Shown: one piece after another, positions 27,846-38,199 of the stretch
Numbering within the stretch: the stretch's first letter is position 1
Layout of the letters: each line of letters starts with the position of its first letter
From: Vicinamibacteria bacterium
GTDB taxonomy: Bacteria > Acidobacteriota > Vicinamibacteria > Fen-336
Length of the DNA stretch: 49,956 nt
NCBI GenBank assembly: GCA_036559805.1
Contig: DATBSL010000245.1
Coordinates: 1 to 49,956, forward strand
Direction of reading: 5' to 3'
Position numbers and translations under genes: made by a program
Notes under the pieces: generated by a model
The model's input: only the letters and a program-made list of their open reading frames with translations
Told to the model about the DNA's origin: nothing
Database searches by the model: none

Positions 27846-28021
27846 TCCTTCGCTCCGTCCGTCGTATTCTTGCCTGTGACTCTTCAAGTGGGATCGCGGA
27901 AGGTGCGTGAACGGCCACGGGGCTGCTGCCTCCTTCCTTGTTCTGGGGGGACTTCGTCCCCCCAGACCCCCCTATGTGGCCTATCGGGGACTTCGTCCCC
28001 CCAGGCCCCCCTGGGTGGCCA
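27846..28021 (+). repeat. Type II intergenic mosaic repeat between infB and the DUF503 gene
   Basis: Module CGCTCCGTCCGTCG, followed by module CTTCAAGTGGGATCGCGGAAGG (27882-27903). Then two tandem 39-nt units (27944-27982, 27983-28021), each with a GGGG(GG)AC-TTC-GTCC(CC)CC hairpin. Aligns with 30668-30803. Confidence 0.8.
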
Positions 28022-28303
28022 ATGGTGATCGGGCTCTTGACTCTGGACCTGCACTTTCCTGGCGCCCGTTCTCTAAAGGACAAGCGGCAGGCCTTGCGGA
28101 GCCTCGAGACCAAGGTGCGCAACCGGCACAACGTCGCGATCGCCGAAGTCGAGCACCAGGACCTGTGGCAGCGGGCGCGCCTGGCGGTCGTGTCGGTGAA
28201 CACCGACCACGGGCACCTGGAGTCGACGCTGTCGGCCGTGGCGGGCGAGGCCGCGACCGCGCGCGACGTGCTGCTCGTGGACCAGCAGCTGGAGATCCTC
28301 TGA
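28022..28303 (+). CDS. DUF503 (YlxP-like) protein
   Basis: 'MVIGLLTLDLHFPGARSLKDKRQALRSL' is the typical DUF503 N-terminus. Conserved position between infB and rbfA. The upstream extension of the track ORF (from TTG 27938) is encoded by the repeat and has no SD. Confidence 0.8.
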   Translation: MVIGLLTLDLHFPGARSLKDKRQALRSLETKVRNRHNVAIAEVEHQDLWQRARLAVVSVNTDHGHLESTLSAVAGEAATARDVLLVDQQLEIL

Positions 28304-28704
28304 TGGGACGCCGGGCGGAGCGGCTTGCCGAGGAGATCCGCGAGCAGGTCGCGCGCATGATCGCGTCCGACCTGAAGGACCCGCGGCTCGGCTTCGTCAC
28401 GGTGACGCGCGTCGAGCTGGCCCACGACCTCGGCCACGCGCGCGTCCACGTCGGCGTGCTGGGCAGCGAGGCCGAGCGCGAGAAGAGCCTCGCGGCGCTG
28501 CGGCAGGCGAGCGGATTCGTGCGCCGCCAGCTTGGGCGCAGGCTGCGCATCCGCCACACGCCCGAGATCGACTTCCGCTACGACAAGGGCCTCGACGCCA
28601 CGGACCGCGTGGCGAGCCTGCTCGAGGCGGAGCGCGTGCGCGCCGAAGCGGCGCGGCCTCCGGACGACGACGGCGAAGGCGGCTCGGGCGGCCAGCCCGA
28701 GTAG
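28303..28704 (+). CDS. rbfA: Ribosome-binding factor A
   Basis: ATG 28303 overlaps the DUF503 stop (TGATG). Motifs 'RAERLAEEIREQVARMI', 'VTVTRVELAHDLGHARVHV', 'TPEIDFRYD'. Confidence 0.9.
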   Translation: MGRRAERLAEEIREQVARMIASDLKDPRLGFVTVTRVELAHDLGHARVHVGVLGSEAEREKSLAALRQASGFVRRQLGRRLRIRHTPEIDFRYDKGLDATDRVASLLEAERVRAEAARPPDDDGEGGSGGQPE

Positions 28705-28711
28705 GCCGGCG

Positions 28712-29620
28712 GTGGACGGCGTCCTGGTCGTCGACAAGCCGGCGGGCCCCACGTCCCACGACGTCGTGGACCGCGCCCGCCGCGCGCTCGGAACGCGCCG
28801 CGTCGGGCACACGGGGACGCTCGACCCGTTCGCGACGGGTGTCCTGGTCCTCTGCGTCGGCCGCGCGACCCGGCTCGCGCGCTTCCTGGCCGCGGCGGAC
28901 AAGGAGTACCGCGCGCGCGTGCGGCTCGGCTTCGCGACGACGACCGACGACCTGACGGGCGATCCGCTCGGAGTGCCGCGGCCGGTGGAGGTCTCGCGCA
29001 CCGTGCTGGCCGAGGCCCTGGCCGCGCTCGTCGGCTCCTTCGACCAGGTGCCACCGGCCTTCTCCGCGCGCCAGGTCGGCGGCCGTCGCCTCTACGAGCT
29101 GGCGCGCCGGGGCGAGGCCGTGGCGCGCGCGGCGACGCCGGTCACGGTGCACTCGCTGGCGCTCGTCGGCCACGAATCCGACACGCTCGAGCTGGACGTG
29201 CGCTGCAGCGCGGGCTTCTACGTGCGCGCTCTGGCGCGCGACCTGGGCGAGCGCCTGGGGACCGGAGCGCACCTCACGGCGCTGCGGCGAACGCGCTCCG
29301 GCGTCTTCTCGCTCGCGGAGTCGGTGGCGGGAGACGTGTTGACTGGCGCGCGCGAGCGCCTGATTTCGCTCTCGGGGCTGCTGCTCGACCTGCCGGCGGT
29401 GTGCGTCGGGGAAGAGGGCCGGCGGCACGTGGGCCACGGCCGCGAGCTCGGCGCCGAGCACGTGCTCTCGGGTTTCCCGGAGCCCGGCGTGGAGCGCGTC
29501 AGGCTCGTCGACGAGCAGGGCGAGCTCATTGCACTCGCGGTTCGACGCGGACTGCCGAGCGCCGAGCCGGGGCTGAACCGGCGGCCAACGCTCCATCCGG
29601 ACCTCGTCCTGATCGGCTGA
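28712..29620 (+). CDS. truB: tRNA pseudouridine(55) synthase TruB
   Basis: GTG 28712. 'GVLVVDKPAGPTSHDVV', 'GHTGTLDPFATGVL' (catalytic Asp), 'KEYRARVRLG'. Confidence 0.9.
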   Translation: MDGVLVVDKPAGPTSHDVVDRARRALGTRRVGHTGTLDPFATGVLVLCVGRATRLARFLAAADKEYRARVRLGFATTTDDLTGDPLGVPRPVEVSRTVLAEALAALVGSFDQVPPAFSARQVGGRRLYELARRGEAVARAATPVTVHSLALVGHESDTLELDVRCSAGFYVRALARDLGERLGTGAHLTALRRTRSGVFSLAESVAGDVLTGARERLISLSGLLLDLPAVCVGEEGRRHVGHGRELGAEHVLSGFPEPGVERVRLVDEQGELIALAVRRGLPSAEPGLNRRPTLHPDLVLIG

Positions 29621-29728
29621 CCGTAGGGCGAGGCCCCGATTTTCCTGTTTTTACATCAGGACTTCCGCGAGGTGTGCTAAGGTCACGCGTTCGGCCGCGC
29701 ACGTTGGGGCGGCCAGGGAGATGCGTGC

Positions 29729-30628
29729 ATGAAACAGGCGGGAAGACGTGCCTCGGGTCTATTGATGGTAGCAATCGGAGCGCTCGCGCTCGGTTACTGC
29801 GGCGGCGGCGGCTCTGGAGCTGGACCTGTGGGTCCGTCGATTCCTCCTGTGACGACGCCGACGCCGACGCCGGGGCCGACCCCCGATCCTCCGGTGTCGT
29901 CGAGTTGCACGAAGTTGGCCGTCGGCAGTCCGAACGCTCCCTGCCGCGCGGAGAATCCGGAGTATGTCGACGTCGTGTACCAGGCGATCCGCACGCTGCA
30001 GACCGAGCAGTCGTACATCTTCGACGGCGACGAGGTGAAAAGCGTGGGTGCGTACTACGTCGAGCTGATCAAGGTGCTCGACCGGCAAGGGCTGTGTGCC
30101 GAGACGGACGGCGAGGAGCTCGGGGTCACGGACGGCTCGAGCTCGAACGAGCAGTACGACGTGCTGACGGCCCAGAATCGCGTGCGCTTCGGACCGACGA
30201 GCTACCGGACGACGTGCCGTCCATCCTCGATACCGCTCGCTCCGCGCGGCCTGGGGCCGCAGATGGCGGGCTGTCCGCTCGCGCCGAGCCACGAGATCGC
30301 TTGCGGCCGCGAGCCATCGGGCAAGTACCACGGAGACGTCGAAGGGGCCATCGAGCAGCTTCAGAAGGAGAAGCCGGAGCTGTTCAACTTCAACGAGACG
30401 GCGCAGGGAACCAACTGGCCTTTGGTCAAGGACCACGACGGCTACAACAACGGCCTCCTCGCGATCCTGACCCAGAAGGGCTACTGCGCGAGGTTCGACG
30501 GCGAGGAGATCGCGCTCAAGCGGGGCTCGAATACCTTCAGCGAGCAGTACGACGTCAACTTCCAGGACAAGTACATCCGGACCGGCTCTGGAATCTACCG
30601 CGCGAGCTGCTACCCGGCGGGCTTCTAA
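29729..30628 (+). CDS. Putative lipoprotein with a tandemly duplicated 4-Cys domain of unknown family
   Basis: Signal and lipobox-like segment 'LLMVAIGALALGYCGGGG', then a Pro/Thr linker. Two roughly 115-aa repeats share C..C...'GLCAE.DGEELGV'/'GYCARFDGEEIAL'...'EQYDV'...'YR..C.P'. GGGAGA lies about 8 nt upstream of the ATG. Confidence 0.7.
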   Translation: MKQAGRRASGLLMVAIGALALGYCGGGGSGAGPVGPSIPPVTTPTPTPGPTPDPPVSSSCTKLAVGSPNAPCRAENPEYVDVVYQAIRTLQTEQSYIFDGDEVKSVGAYYVELIKVLDRQGLCAETDGEELGVTDGSSSNEQYDVLTAQNRVRFGPTSYRTTCRPSSIPLAPRGLGPQMAGCPLAPSHEIACGREPSGKYHGDVEGAIEQLQKEKPELFNFNETAQGTNWPLVKDHDGYNNGLLAILTQKGYCARFDGEEIALKRGSNTFSEQYDVNFQDKYIRTGSGIYRASCYPAGF

Positions 30629-30815
30629 GGAGGGGGTCTGGGGGGCGCCTTAGGAGCCCCCCAGGGGCCGTTGCTCCGGCCCGTTGCTTCAGTCCGTTAC
30701 TCCTCAACGTGGATCATGGAAGAGGGGAGGACGGTCAGGGTTGTTGTCGGCGTTCCTTGAAATGGGGGGGCTTCGCCCCCCCATGCCCCCCCGGGGGCCT
30801 ACTTCCGCGGGGGGC
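30629..30815 (+). repeat. Mosaic intergenic repeat (type I hairpin plus a type II element) between convergent genes
   Basis: Hairpin CTGGGGGGC-N9-GCCCCCCAG (30638-30664). Three CCGTT[GA]C motifs (30668-30699). Module CTCAACGTGGATCATGGAAGAGG (30703-30725). Hairpin ATGGGGGGGC-TTC-GCCCCCCCAT (30762-30784). Direct repeat GGGGGCCTACT x2 (30793-30803 and 30810-30820); the second copy runs 5 nt into the downstream CDS and contains its stop codon (30816-30818). Confidence 0.8.
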
Positions 30816-32675
30816 CTACTGCGTCGGGTTTGCTCCTACGATTCGGTAGACGCGCGCGCCCGTTTCCTCGTGTACCGGTTCGAGCACTCCCGTGGTGTCG
30901 AACCTCACGCGGTCGTTGCCGTATAGCGCGAGGTACGAAGCCCCCAGATCGGCGGCGATCGCGAGCGCTTCGTCCCGGCTCTCCGTGCGGAAGAAGCGGT
31001 AGACGGTGGCGTGGCGAGCCTCGAGGTCCGGCCTCGACACGAACTGCGTGAGATAGGGCGTGAAGCGCTCGTAGGTCACGCGCCGGCCCGCGAGCACCAC
31101 GGGGACCGGGGGGTAGCGCCCTCCAGGCCGCTGCAGCACGACGTCGCCCGGTAGCGAGACGCTGGCGAGTGCGCCCATGGCGCGCACCATCGGCGCGGGC
31201 AGGCGGTCGGGAGCCGTCCGCGCTTTCTTCGCGACGTACTGCCAGGTCGAAGGCGTCGCGAGCAGCAGGACGCCGGCCGCGACGAGCGCCTGTCGACGGC
31301 GCGTGTGCGCGAGGCGGGCGAGTGCCACGGCCGCGAAGATCCACAAGAGCGGCGCCGACTGCTCGACGAGGTAGGCGGCGTCGTTGACGACCTTCTGGTT
31401 GGCGAGCACCTCGGGCGCGGCGACGCGGAACAGCAAGCCGAGCGGCCAGCCCGACAGCGCGAGCGCCGCGGTGGCCGATGCCAGCGTCGAGCCGCGCAGC
31501 GCGCGCCAGGCTTCGGCCAGGCCGAAGAGGCGCAGGCCGAGCGAGAGCGCGAGCCACAGGGCGGCCGCGGCCGCGAGGCGGAGGCCCGCGACGGGCTCGA
31601 GCCCCAGCGTCTCCCTCGTCACGTGCACGAGGTCGAGCGGGGCGAAGGCGACGTCGACGGTCTCGGCGCCCTGGCCGAGCACGAGGGCGGCCGTCGCGAC
31701 GGCGGCAGGCAGGGCCGTGACGACGAGGGCGGCGCGCGAGACGCCCCGAGCCAGCACGAACGCGGCGCCGAGGGCGAGGAGCAGGTGGGCGCCGAGGAAC
31801 ACCTTGAAGAAGGGCACCGCAGCGGCCAGCAGCGCGGCGAAGGCCAGGTGGCCGGGGCGCTTCGTCTCCTCGAAGCGCGCAAACGAGACGAGCACGGCGA
31901 GGGCGAGACCCAGAGCGGGCAGCAGCGGGTTCGAGTAGACGAGAGAGAGCAGGAGGTTGCCGCGCAGCAGGTCGCACCACCAATGTGCCTGCGGGTTCGA
32001 GGCGAACACGAAGGAGAAGTCGGTGAGGAAGAGCGTCCAGGGCGCGAGTGCTATGGCCAGCGGAGGCGCGCCGAGGCGCGCCGTGAGCGAGCGGAGCGCG
32101 AGGACGAGGCCGAAGCCCCAGAGCGTGACGTCGAGGCGCGTCAGCGAATCCCACGGGTCCACGCCGGCCCAGCGCAGCGCCGCGGCGCGGACGAGGTCGG
32201 TCCCGAGGTGATAGCCGAGCGGAAAGCCGGCCACTCCGGGGACCTGCGGCGGCTCGCCGGTGAGGAGCTCGTGGGTCACCCCGACGTGAAAAGCCGAATC
32301 CGACGTGACGAGCGGGTCGAGGAGGAAGTCGCCGGTCTCGGCCTCGATCCTGTTCCACGGGTACTGTGCGATCGCCAGCAGGAGGACGAGCCCGACAGCG
32401 GGTGGAATCGCGCCGCGGAGCGAGGGGCCGGCGGCCCATTCGAGGGGCCCGCGCCGGGCGAGCCCGGCCGCGGCCACGAGCGAGGCGACGGCGACAGGGA
32501 AGAGCGCCGGGACGTGCGCCGCGAGGCTGAGCCAGAAGACCAGGGCGCAAAACGCCGTTCCGAGCGGCACGACGAGGCCCGTCTCGATTGGCACACGGCC
32601 GAGCCGCTGCAGGGCGATCCCGGGCAGGACGATGGCGACACCTGCGAAGACCAGGAAGAATCCGAAAGAGGGCAA
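30816..32675 (-). CDS. Polytopic integral membrane protein with a C-terminal soluble domain (GT-C-like glycosyltransferase candidate)
   Basis: 619 aa with more than 10 predicted TM helices by eye, host-like GC3, and a roughly 150-aa C-terminal hydrophilic domain. The family assignment is architectural only. Confidence 0.7.
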   Translation of the reverse strand: MPSFGFFLVFAGVAIVLPGIALQRLGRVPIETGLVVPLGTAFCALVFWLSLAAHVPALFPVAVASLVAAAGLARRGPLEWAAGPSLRGAIPPAVGLVLLLAIAQYPWNRIEAETGDFLLDPLVTSDSAFHVGVTHELLTGEPPQVPGVAGFPLGYHLGTDLVRAAALRWAGVDPWDSLTRLDVTLWGFGLVLALRSLTARLGAPPLAIALAPWTLFLTDFSFVFASNPQAHWWCDLLRGNLLLSLVYSNPLLPALGLALAVLVSFARFEETKRPGHLAFAALLAAAVPFFKVFLGAHLLLALGAAFVLARGVSRAALVVTALPAAVATAALVLGQGAETVDVAFAPLDLVHVTRETLGLEPVAGLRLAAAAALWLALSLGLRLFGLAEAWRALRGSTLASATAALALSGWPLGLLFRVAAPEVLANQKVVNDAAYLVEQSAPLLWIFAAVALARLAHTRRRQALVAAGVLLLATPSTWQYVAKKARTAPDRLPAPMVRAMGALASVSLPGDVVLQRPGGRYPPVPVVLAGRRVTYERFTPYLTQFVSRPDLEARHATVYRFFRTESRDEALAIAADLGASYLALYGNDRVRFDTTGVLEPVHEETGARVYRIVGANPTQ

Positions 32676-32745
32676 GGATCAGGGGCCGGCGATCAAGCGG
32701 TGGTGGTCATCGCTGGAGGTCATGAAGCTCGCTAGGGGCCAAGGG

Positions 32746-32775
32746 TTTACAGGGGGAAGCCGGGCGTGGTATTCT
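32746..32775 (+). promoter_or_regulatory. Sigma70-like promoter candidate for rpsO
   Basis: TTTACA (32746-32751), 18-nt spacer, TATTCT (32770-32775), about 50 nt upstream of the rpsO GTG. Confidence 0.5.
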
Positions 32776-32823
32776 CTCCCGTTCATCAAAAAGAGGAAAG
32801 AGGAGTCACTAGGAGGTCAGTCG

Positions 32824-33093
32824 GTGAGTTTCAGCAAAGCCCAGAAAACGGAGGTCGTCTCGGGTTACCGGATCCACGGCACGGATACGGGGTCGCCCGA
32901 GGTGCAGGCAGCCCTCCTCAGCGAGCGGATCAGTTATCTCAACGAGCATTTCAAGTCCCACCCGAAGGACCATCATTCCCGTCGGGGACTTCTTCAGCTG
33001 GTCGGACAGCGCCGTCGGCTGCTCGACTACCTGAAGGGCAAGGACCGCGAGCGCTACGGCGTCCTGATCGGCCGGCTGGGCATCCGCAAGTAA
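32824..33093 (+). CDS. rpsO: 30S ribosomal protein S15
   Basis: GTG 32824 with AGGAGG at 32811-32816. '[48 protein letters not shown]' is unmistakably S15. Confidence 0.93.
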   Translation: MSFSKAQKTEVVSGYRIHGTDTGSPEVQAALLSERISYLNEHFKSHPKDHHSRRGLLQLVGQRRRLLDYLKGKDRERYGVLIGRLGIRK

Positions 33094-33124
33094 ACCGCTG
33101 ACCACGGACCAGGGCCGGGACGTC

Positions 33125-33142
33125 GCCGCCCTCGAGGGCGGC
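33125..33142 (+). other. Perfect 18-nt palindrome / GC stem-loop in the rpsO-pnp spacer
   Basis: GCCGCCC-TCGA-GGGCGGC, 32 nt after the rpsO stop. Only a weak T-rich tail follows (TCTGGCGTTC), so it is more likely a processing or partial-termination structure than a strong terminator. Confidence 0.5.
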
Positions 33143-33223
33143 TCTGGCGTTCGCGGGCCTGCTCCTCCTGTTCCCGGCGTGCCGCGAGGGCGGTCGCCGG
33201 CTGAGAGCGGAGAGCAAGGAACA

Positions 33224-35518
<2,295 letters not shown>

Positions 35519-35519
35519 C

Positions 35520-35867
35520 GTGAGCCGCCGGCGACTCGCGGGCCTCGCACTCCTGGCCGTCGCGCAAGCGACGGCCGAGGCGGCGCCCGCGGGTCCCAGC
35601 GTCGAGGTGAGCGTGACGCGCCGCGGCTTCGAGCCCGCGCGCATCACGCTCCGGCGGGGCGAGACGGCGCGCCTCGTCCTGCAGAGCGGCGACGGCGAGC
35701 ACTGCTTCGCGGTCGACGGACTGCGCATCGAGAAGCGGGTGGTGAACGGCCGCCCGACGAGGCTCGAGCTCACCCCTGAGCGCACCGGCAGCTTCCCCTT
35801 CTACTGCTGCGTCGAGAGCGGCGCCCAGGCCGGCCGCGAGCGCGGGGAAATCGTCGTCACGGAGTAG
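35520..35867 (+). CDS. Small exported cupredoxin-fold-like protein (non-canonical ligand set)
   Basis: GTG 35520, 1 nt after the pnp stop. Twin-arginine-like 'SRRRLAGLALLAVAQATAEA'. 'VEVSVTRRGFEPARITLRRGETARLVL..GEHCFAV..' and 'FPFYCCVESG' resemble cupredoxin-like domains but lack the C-x-H-x-M pattern. Confidence 0.5.
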   Translation: MSRRRLAGLALLAVAQATAEAAPAGPSVEVSVTRRGFEPARITLRRGETARLVLQSGDGEHCFAVDGLRIEKRVVNGRPTRLELTPERTGSFPFYCCVESGAQAGRERGEIVVTE

Positions 35868-35908
35868 GCCGGCCGCATGCAGCTGAGGCCGAGAGGACGC
35901 GGTGTCGT

Positions 35909-36448
35909 ATGACGAAAACCCTGGGCGCGATCGTTCTCGTGCTGATTGGCGCTGGAACCTCTGCTGCGGGGTCCCGCGCCGTCGCCGTCGGCAGCCGGGT
36001 GCGCGTGAGCGGGCCCGAGGCCGGCCCGCAGCCGCTCATCGGCAGTGTGGTGGGTCTCGAACCTTCTGCGGTCCTGCTGCAAGGCCAAAAGGGCGCCGCG
36101 CCCACGCGTGTCCCCTTGGGGCCGACGACCACGATCGAGGTGAGTGGCGGCCGCCGATCCAAGGCGGGGCGCGGCGCCGTGCTGGGTGCGGCATTCGGGC
36201 TCATGCCGGGGCTGTTGATGACTTTCGGCGACTACAACACCGATTCCGAGTACAGCCCGGGCGCCGTGGCCGCGGTTGGCGCTGCCGCCGGAGCCGCCGT
36301 GGGCGCTGCCGTGGGCTGGGTGCTCAAGACCGAGCAGTGGTGGCCGGCGGAGGTGCCCCGGCCGACCGCCGGCATCGTCCCGCTGCGCGGTGGCGTCGGC
36401 GTCTCCCTGCACGTGGCGTGGGGGAGGCGGCAGCTGTCGCGCGACTGA
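35909..36448 (+). CDS. Hypothetical exported/membrane protein with a glycine-zipper segment
   Basis: Signal-like 'MTKTLGAIVLVLIGAGTSAAG'. Gly/Ala-zipper 'AVAAVGAAAGAAVGAAVGWVL'. GC3 is high. No family recognised. Confidence 0.55.
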   Translation: MTKTLGAIVLVLIGAGTSAAGSRAVAVGSRVRVSGPEAGPQPLIGSVVGLEPSAVLLQGQKGAAPTRVPLGPTTTIEVSGGRRSKAGRGAVLGAAFGLMPGLLMTFGDYNTDSEYSPGAVAAVGAAAGAAVGAAVGWVLKTEQWWPAEVPRPTAGIVPLRGGVGVSLHVAWGRRQLSRD

Positions 36449-36450
36449 GC

Positions 36451-38130
36451 TCAGGCCGGCGCGGGCGGCAGCGTGATTCGGAAGGTCGTGCCGCGACCTT
36501 CCTCGCTGTCGAAGTCGATGTGCCCGTTGTGGCGCTCGATCACCATCAGCACGGTGGAGAGGCCGAGCCCGGTACCCTTTCCCTCGGGCTTGGTCGTCAC
36601 GAACGGCTCGAACAGGCTGGTGCGGATGCGCTCGGGAATCCCGGGCCCTTCGTCCTTCACCAGCACCTCGAGGTCGTTTCCGTGGCGGCGCGTGGCGACG
36701 CCGAGCGTGCCGCCCTTCTCGCCCATCGCGTGAACGGCGTTGACGACCAGGTTGATGAGCGCGGTCTCGAGCTGGTTCGAAACGCCGAGCACGCGCGGCA
36801 GGTCGGGCTCGAGCGCCTTGGCGAGCGTGACGCGGCCGCTCGCGATCTGGTACTGGCACAGCTCGAGGCTGCGCTCGACGACGTCGTTGAGCGAGAGCGG
36901 CGTCATCTCCTCGCGCGCCGGTCGGCTGAAGGCGAGCAGGCGGTGGGCGAGCGCACGGATCCGGTCCGCGCCGCGCGCGATCGAGGACAGCATCTCGCGC
37001 TGTGCCCCCGACAGCTCCTGCACCTCCAAGAGCTCGAGGTTGCCCATGATGTAGGTGAGCGGCGTGTTGAGCTCGTGGGCGATGCCCGCCGCCATCTGGC
37101 CGATCGTGGCGAGCTTCTCCGACTGCAGCAGCTGCTTCTGCGCCTTCTGCAGCTCCTCGATCGTGTGCTGCTCGCGCTCGAACAGCTGAGCGTTCTCGAT
37201 CGCGAGCGCGGCGTGGCGCACGAGCGCCTCGGCCGCGCGCAGCGCGTCGTCGCTGAAGGGCGCGGCCGAGGCTGCGTTGTCGACGTACAGCACGCCCAGT
37301 GCAGGCGGGAAGCTCCCGCTGCCGTCCGCTCCGGCGCGCGGGGATCGCAGCGGCAGGCAGACGATGGTCTGGACGGGGCGTGTGTCGTCCTCGGGGCGGG
37401 CCGACTTGAATGCCAGGAGCACCTCGCCGCGGTTGCGCAGCGTCGAGACCACCTCGCCCGTCTCGAGGGCGCGGCGCACGATCGCGCCCGAGATGCCGTG
37501 GCCGTTGGCCGCCGACGGGTCGGCCCGCCCGCGGGCCACGCGCAGCCGCAGACCGGCCACCTCCGGGTAGCGCGCGCTGGGCGGCGAGGCGTCCGCGAGC
37601 AGCAGGAAGCCGCGTTCCGCGCCCGTGATGCGCATGATCGCGTCGGTCACCTGCTCGAGCACCGGGCTCAGCACCAGCGTCGAGTTGAGGGCCTGGACGA
37701 GCTGCAGCAGCAGGTGTTGCTGCTCCACCCAGGGCAGCTTGGCCATGGCGCCGGTTTCCTGGTCGCTGCCGAGGGGCGAGAACTTCAGCGTGACGTTTCC
37801 GAGCTGGACCTGGGCGCCCGGCGTGAGCTCCACGCGGTGGATCTTGGTGGCGTTGACGTAGACGCCGTGCATGCTGCCGGCGTCCTCGATGAAGAAGCGG
37901 CCGCCCTGGTAGTCGATGCGCGCGTGCAGCTTGGAGATCGACGGCTCGTTGAGGGCGATGTCGTTGTGGCGGGCGCGACCCACCTCGTACGGGCGGGGCT
38001 TCAGGAAGCGGATCTTCTCGCTGACCTCACCGCGGATCACCTCGAGCATCGCGACCGACAGCGAGTCGGAGCAGCTCGCGCAGCGCGTCGCGTCGAGCGG
38101 GTTCTCCGCGGCGCACTTGGGGCACAGCAT
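36451..38130 (-). CDS. Cytoplasmic sensor histidine kinase: zinc-ribbon, FHA, GAF, HisKA, HATPase_c
   Basis: 'CPKCAAEN..CASC' zinc ribbon. FHA 'YEVGRARHNDIALNEPSISKLHARI..FFIEDAGSMHGVYVN'. GAF-like middle region. H-box 'AAGIAHELNTPL'. N-box 'NLVVNAVHAM'. G-boxes 'VKDEGPGI' and 'GKGTGLGLS'. No TM segment. Confidence 0.88.
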   Translation of the reverse strand: MLCPKCAAENPLDATRCASCSDSLSVAMLEVIRGEVSEKIRFLKPRPYEVGRARHNDIALNEPSISKLHARIDYQGGRFFIEDAGSMHGVYVNATKIHRVELTPGAQVQLGNVTLKFSPLGSDQETGAMAKLPWVEQQHLLLQLVQALNSTLVLSPVLEQVTDAIMRITGAERGFLLLADASPPSARYPEVAGLRLRVARGRADPSAANGHGISGAIVRRALETGEVVSTLRNRGEVLLAFKSARPEDDTRPVQTIVCLPLRSPRAGADGSGSFPPALGVLYVDNAASAAPFSDDALRAAEALVRHAALAIENAQLFEREQHTIEELQKAQKQLLQSEKLATIGQMAAGIAHELNTPLTYIMGNLELLEVQELSGAQREMLSSIARGADRIRALAHRLLAFSRPAREEMTPLSLNDVVERSLELCQYQIASGRVTLAKALEPDLPRVLGVSNQLETALINLVVNAVHAMGEKGGTLGVATRRHGNDLEVLVKDEGPGIPERIRTSLFEPFVTTKPEGKGTGLGLSTVLMVIERHNGHIDFDSEEGRGTTFRITLPPAPA

Positions 38131-38199
38131 GAACGGTCATGATGACCGACGGCTCCGCGGAGCGTCAAACCTGCGCCGTGCGATGGGCGCGCTTCGTCC

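Noticed and set aside
27938-28021. N-terminal extension of the DUF503 ORF encoding a repeated peptide 'GDFVPP[DG]PP[MG]WP'
   Set aside because: The peptide repeat is simply the translation of the tandem 39-nt DNA repeat. The TTG start has no SD (the upstream sequence is CCTCC-rich). DUF503 proteins normally begin at the 'MxIGxL' motif found at 28022. A related DNA element at 30684-30926 also yields a spurious ORF.
27943-28021. CRISPR-like appearance of the G6/C6 palindromic tandem repeats (also at 43677-43838)
   Set aside because: There are only two adjacent units at each site. The units abut directly without unique spacers, unit lengths differ between sites, and no cas genes are present. 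They fit REP/BIME-like intergenic repeats better.
29630-29656. Intrinsic terminator after truB (GGGC-GAG-GCCC followed by GATTTTCCTGTTTTT)
   Set aside because: The stem is only 4 bp with a 3-nt loop, too weak to call. The T-rich stretch may instead belong to the promoter region of the lipoprotein gene (TTTACA at 29650-29655), for which I could not find a well-spaced -10 element.
29621-32823. Mobile-element or genomic-island interpretation of the truB-rpsO insertion
   Set aside because: There is no integrase, transposase, tRNA attachment site or direct-repeat boundary. Composition and codon usage are native. Reported only as a synteny break.
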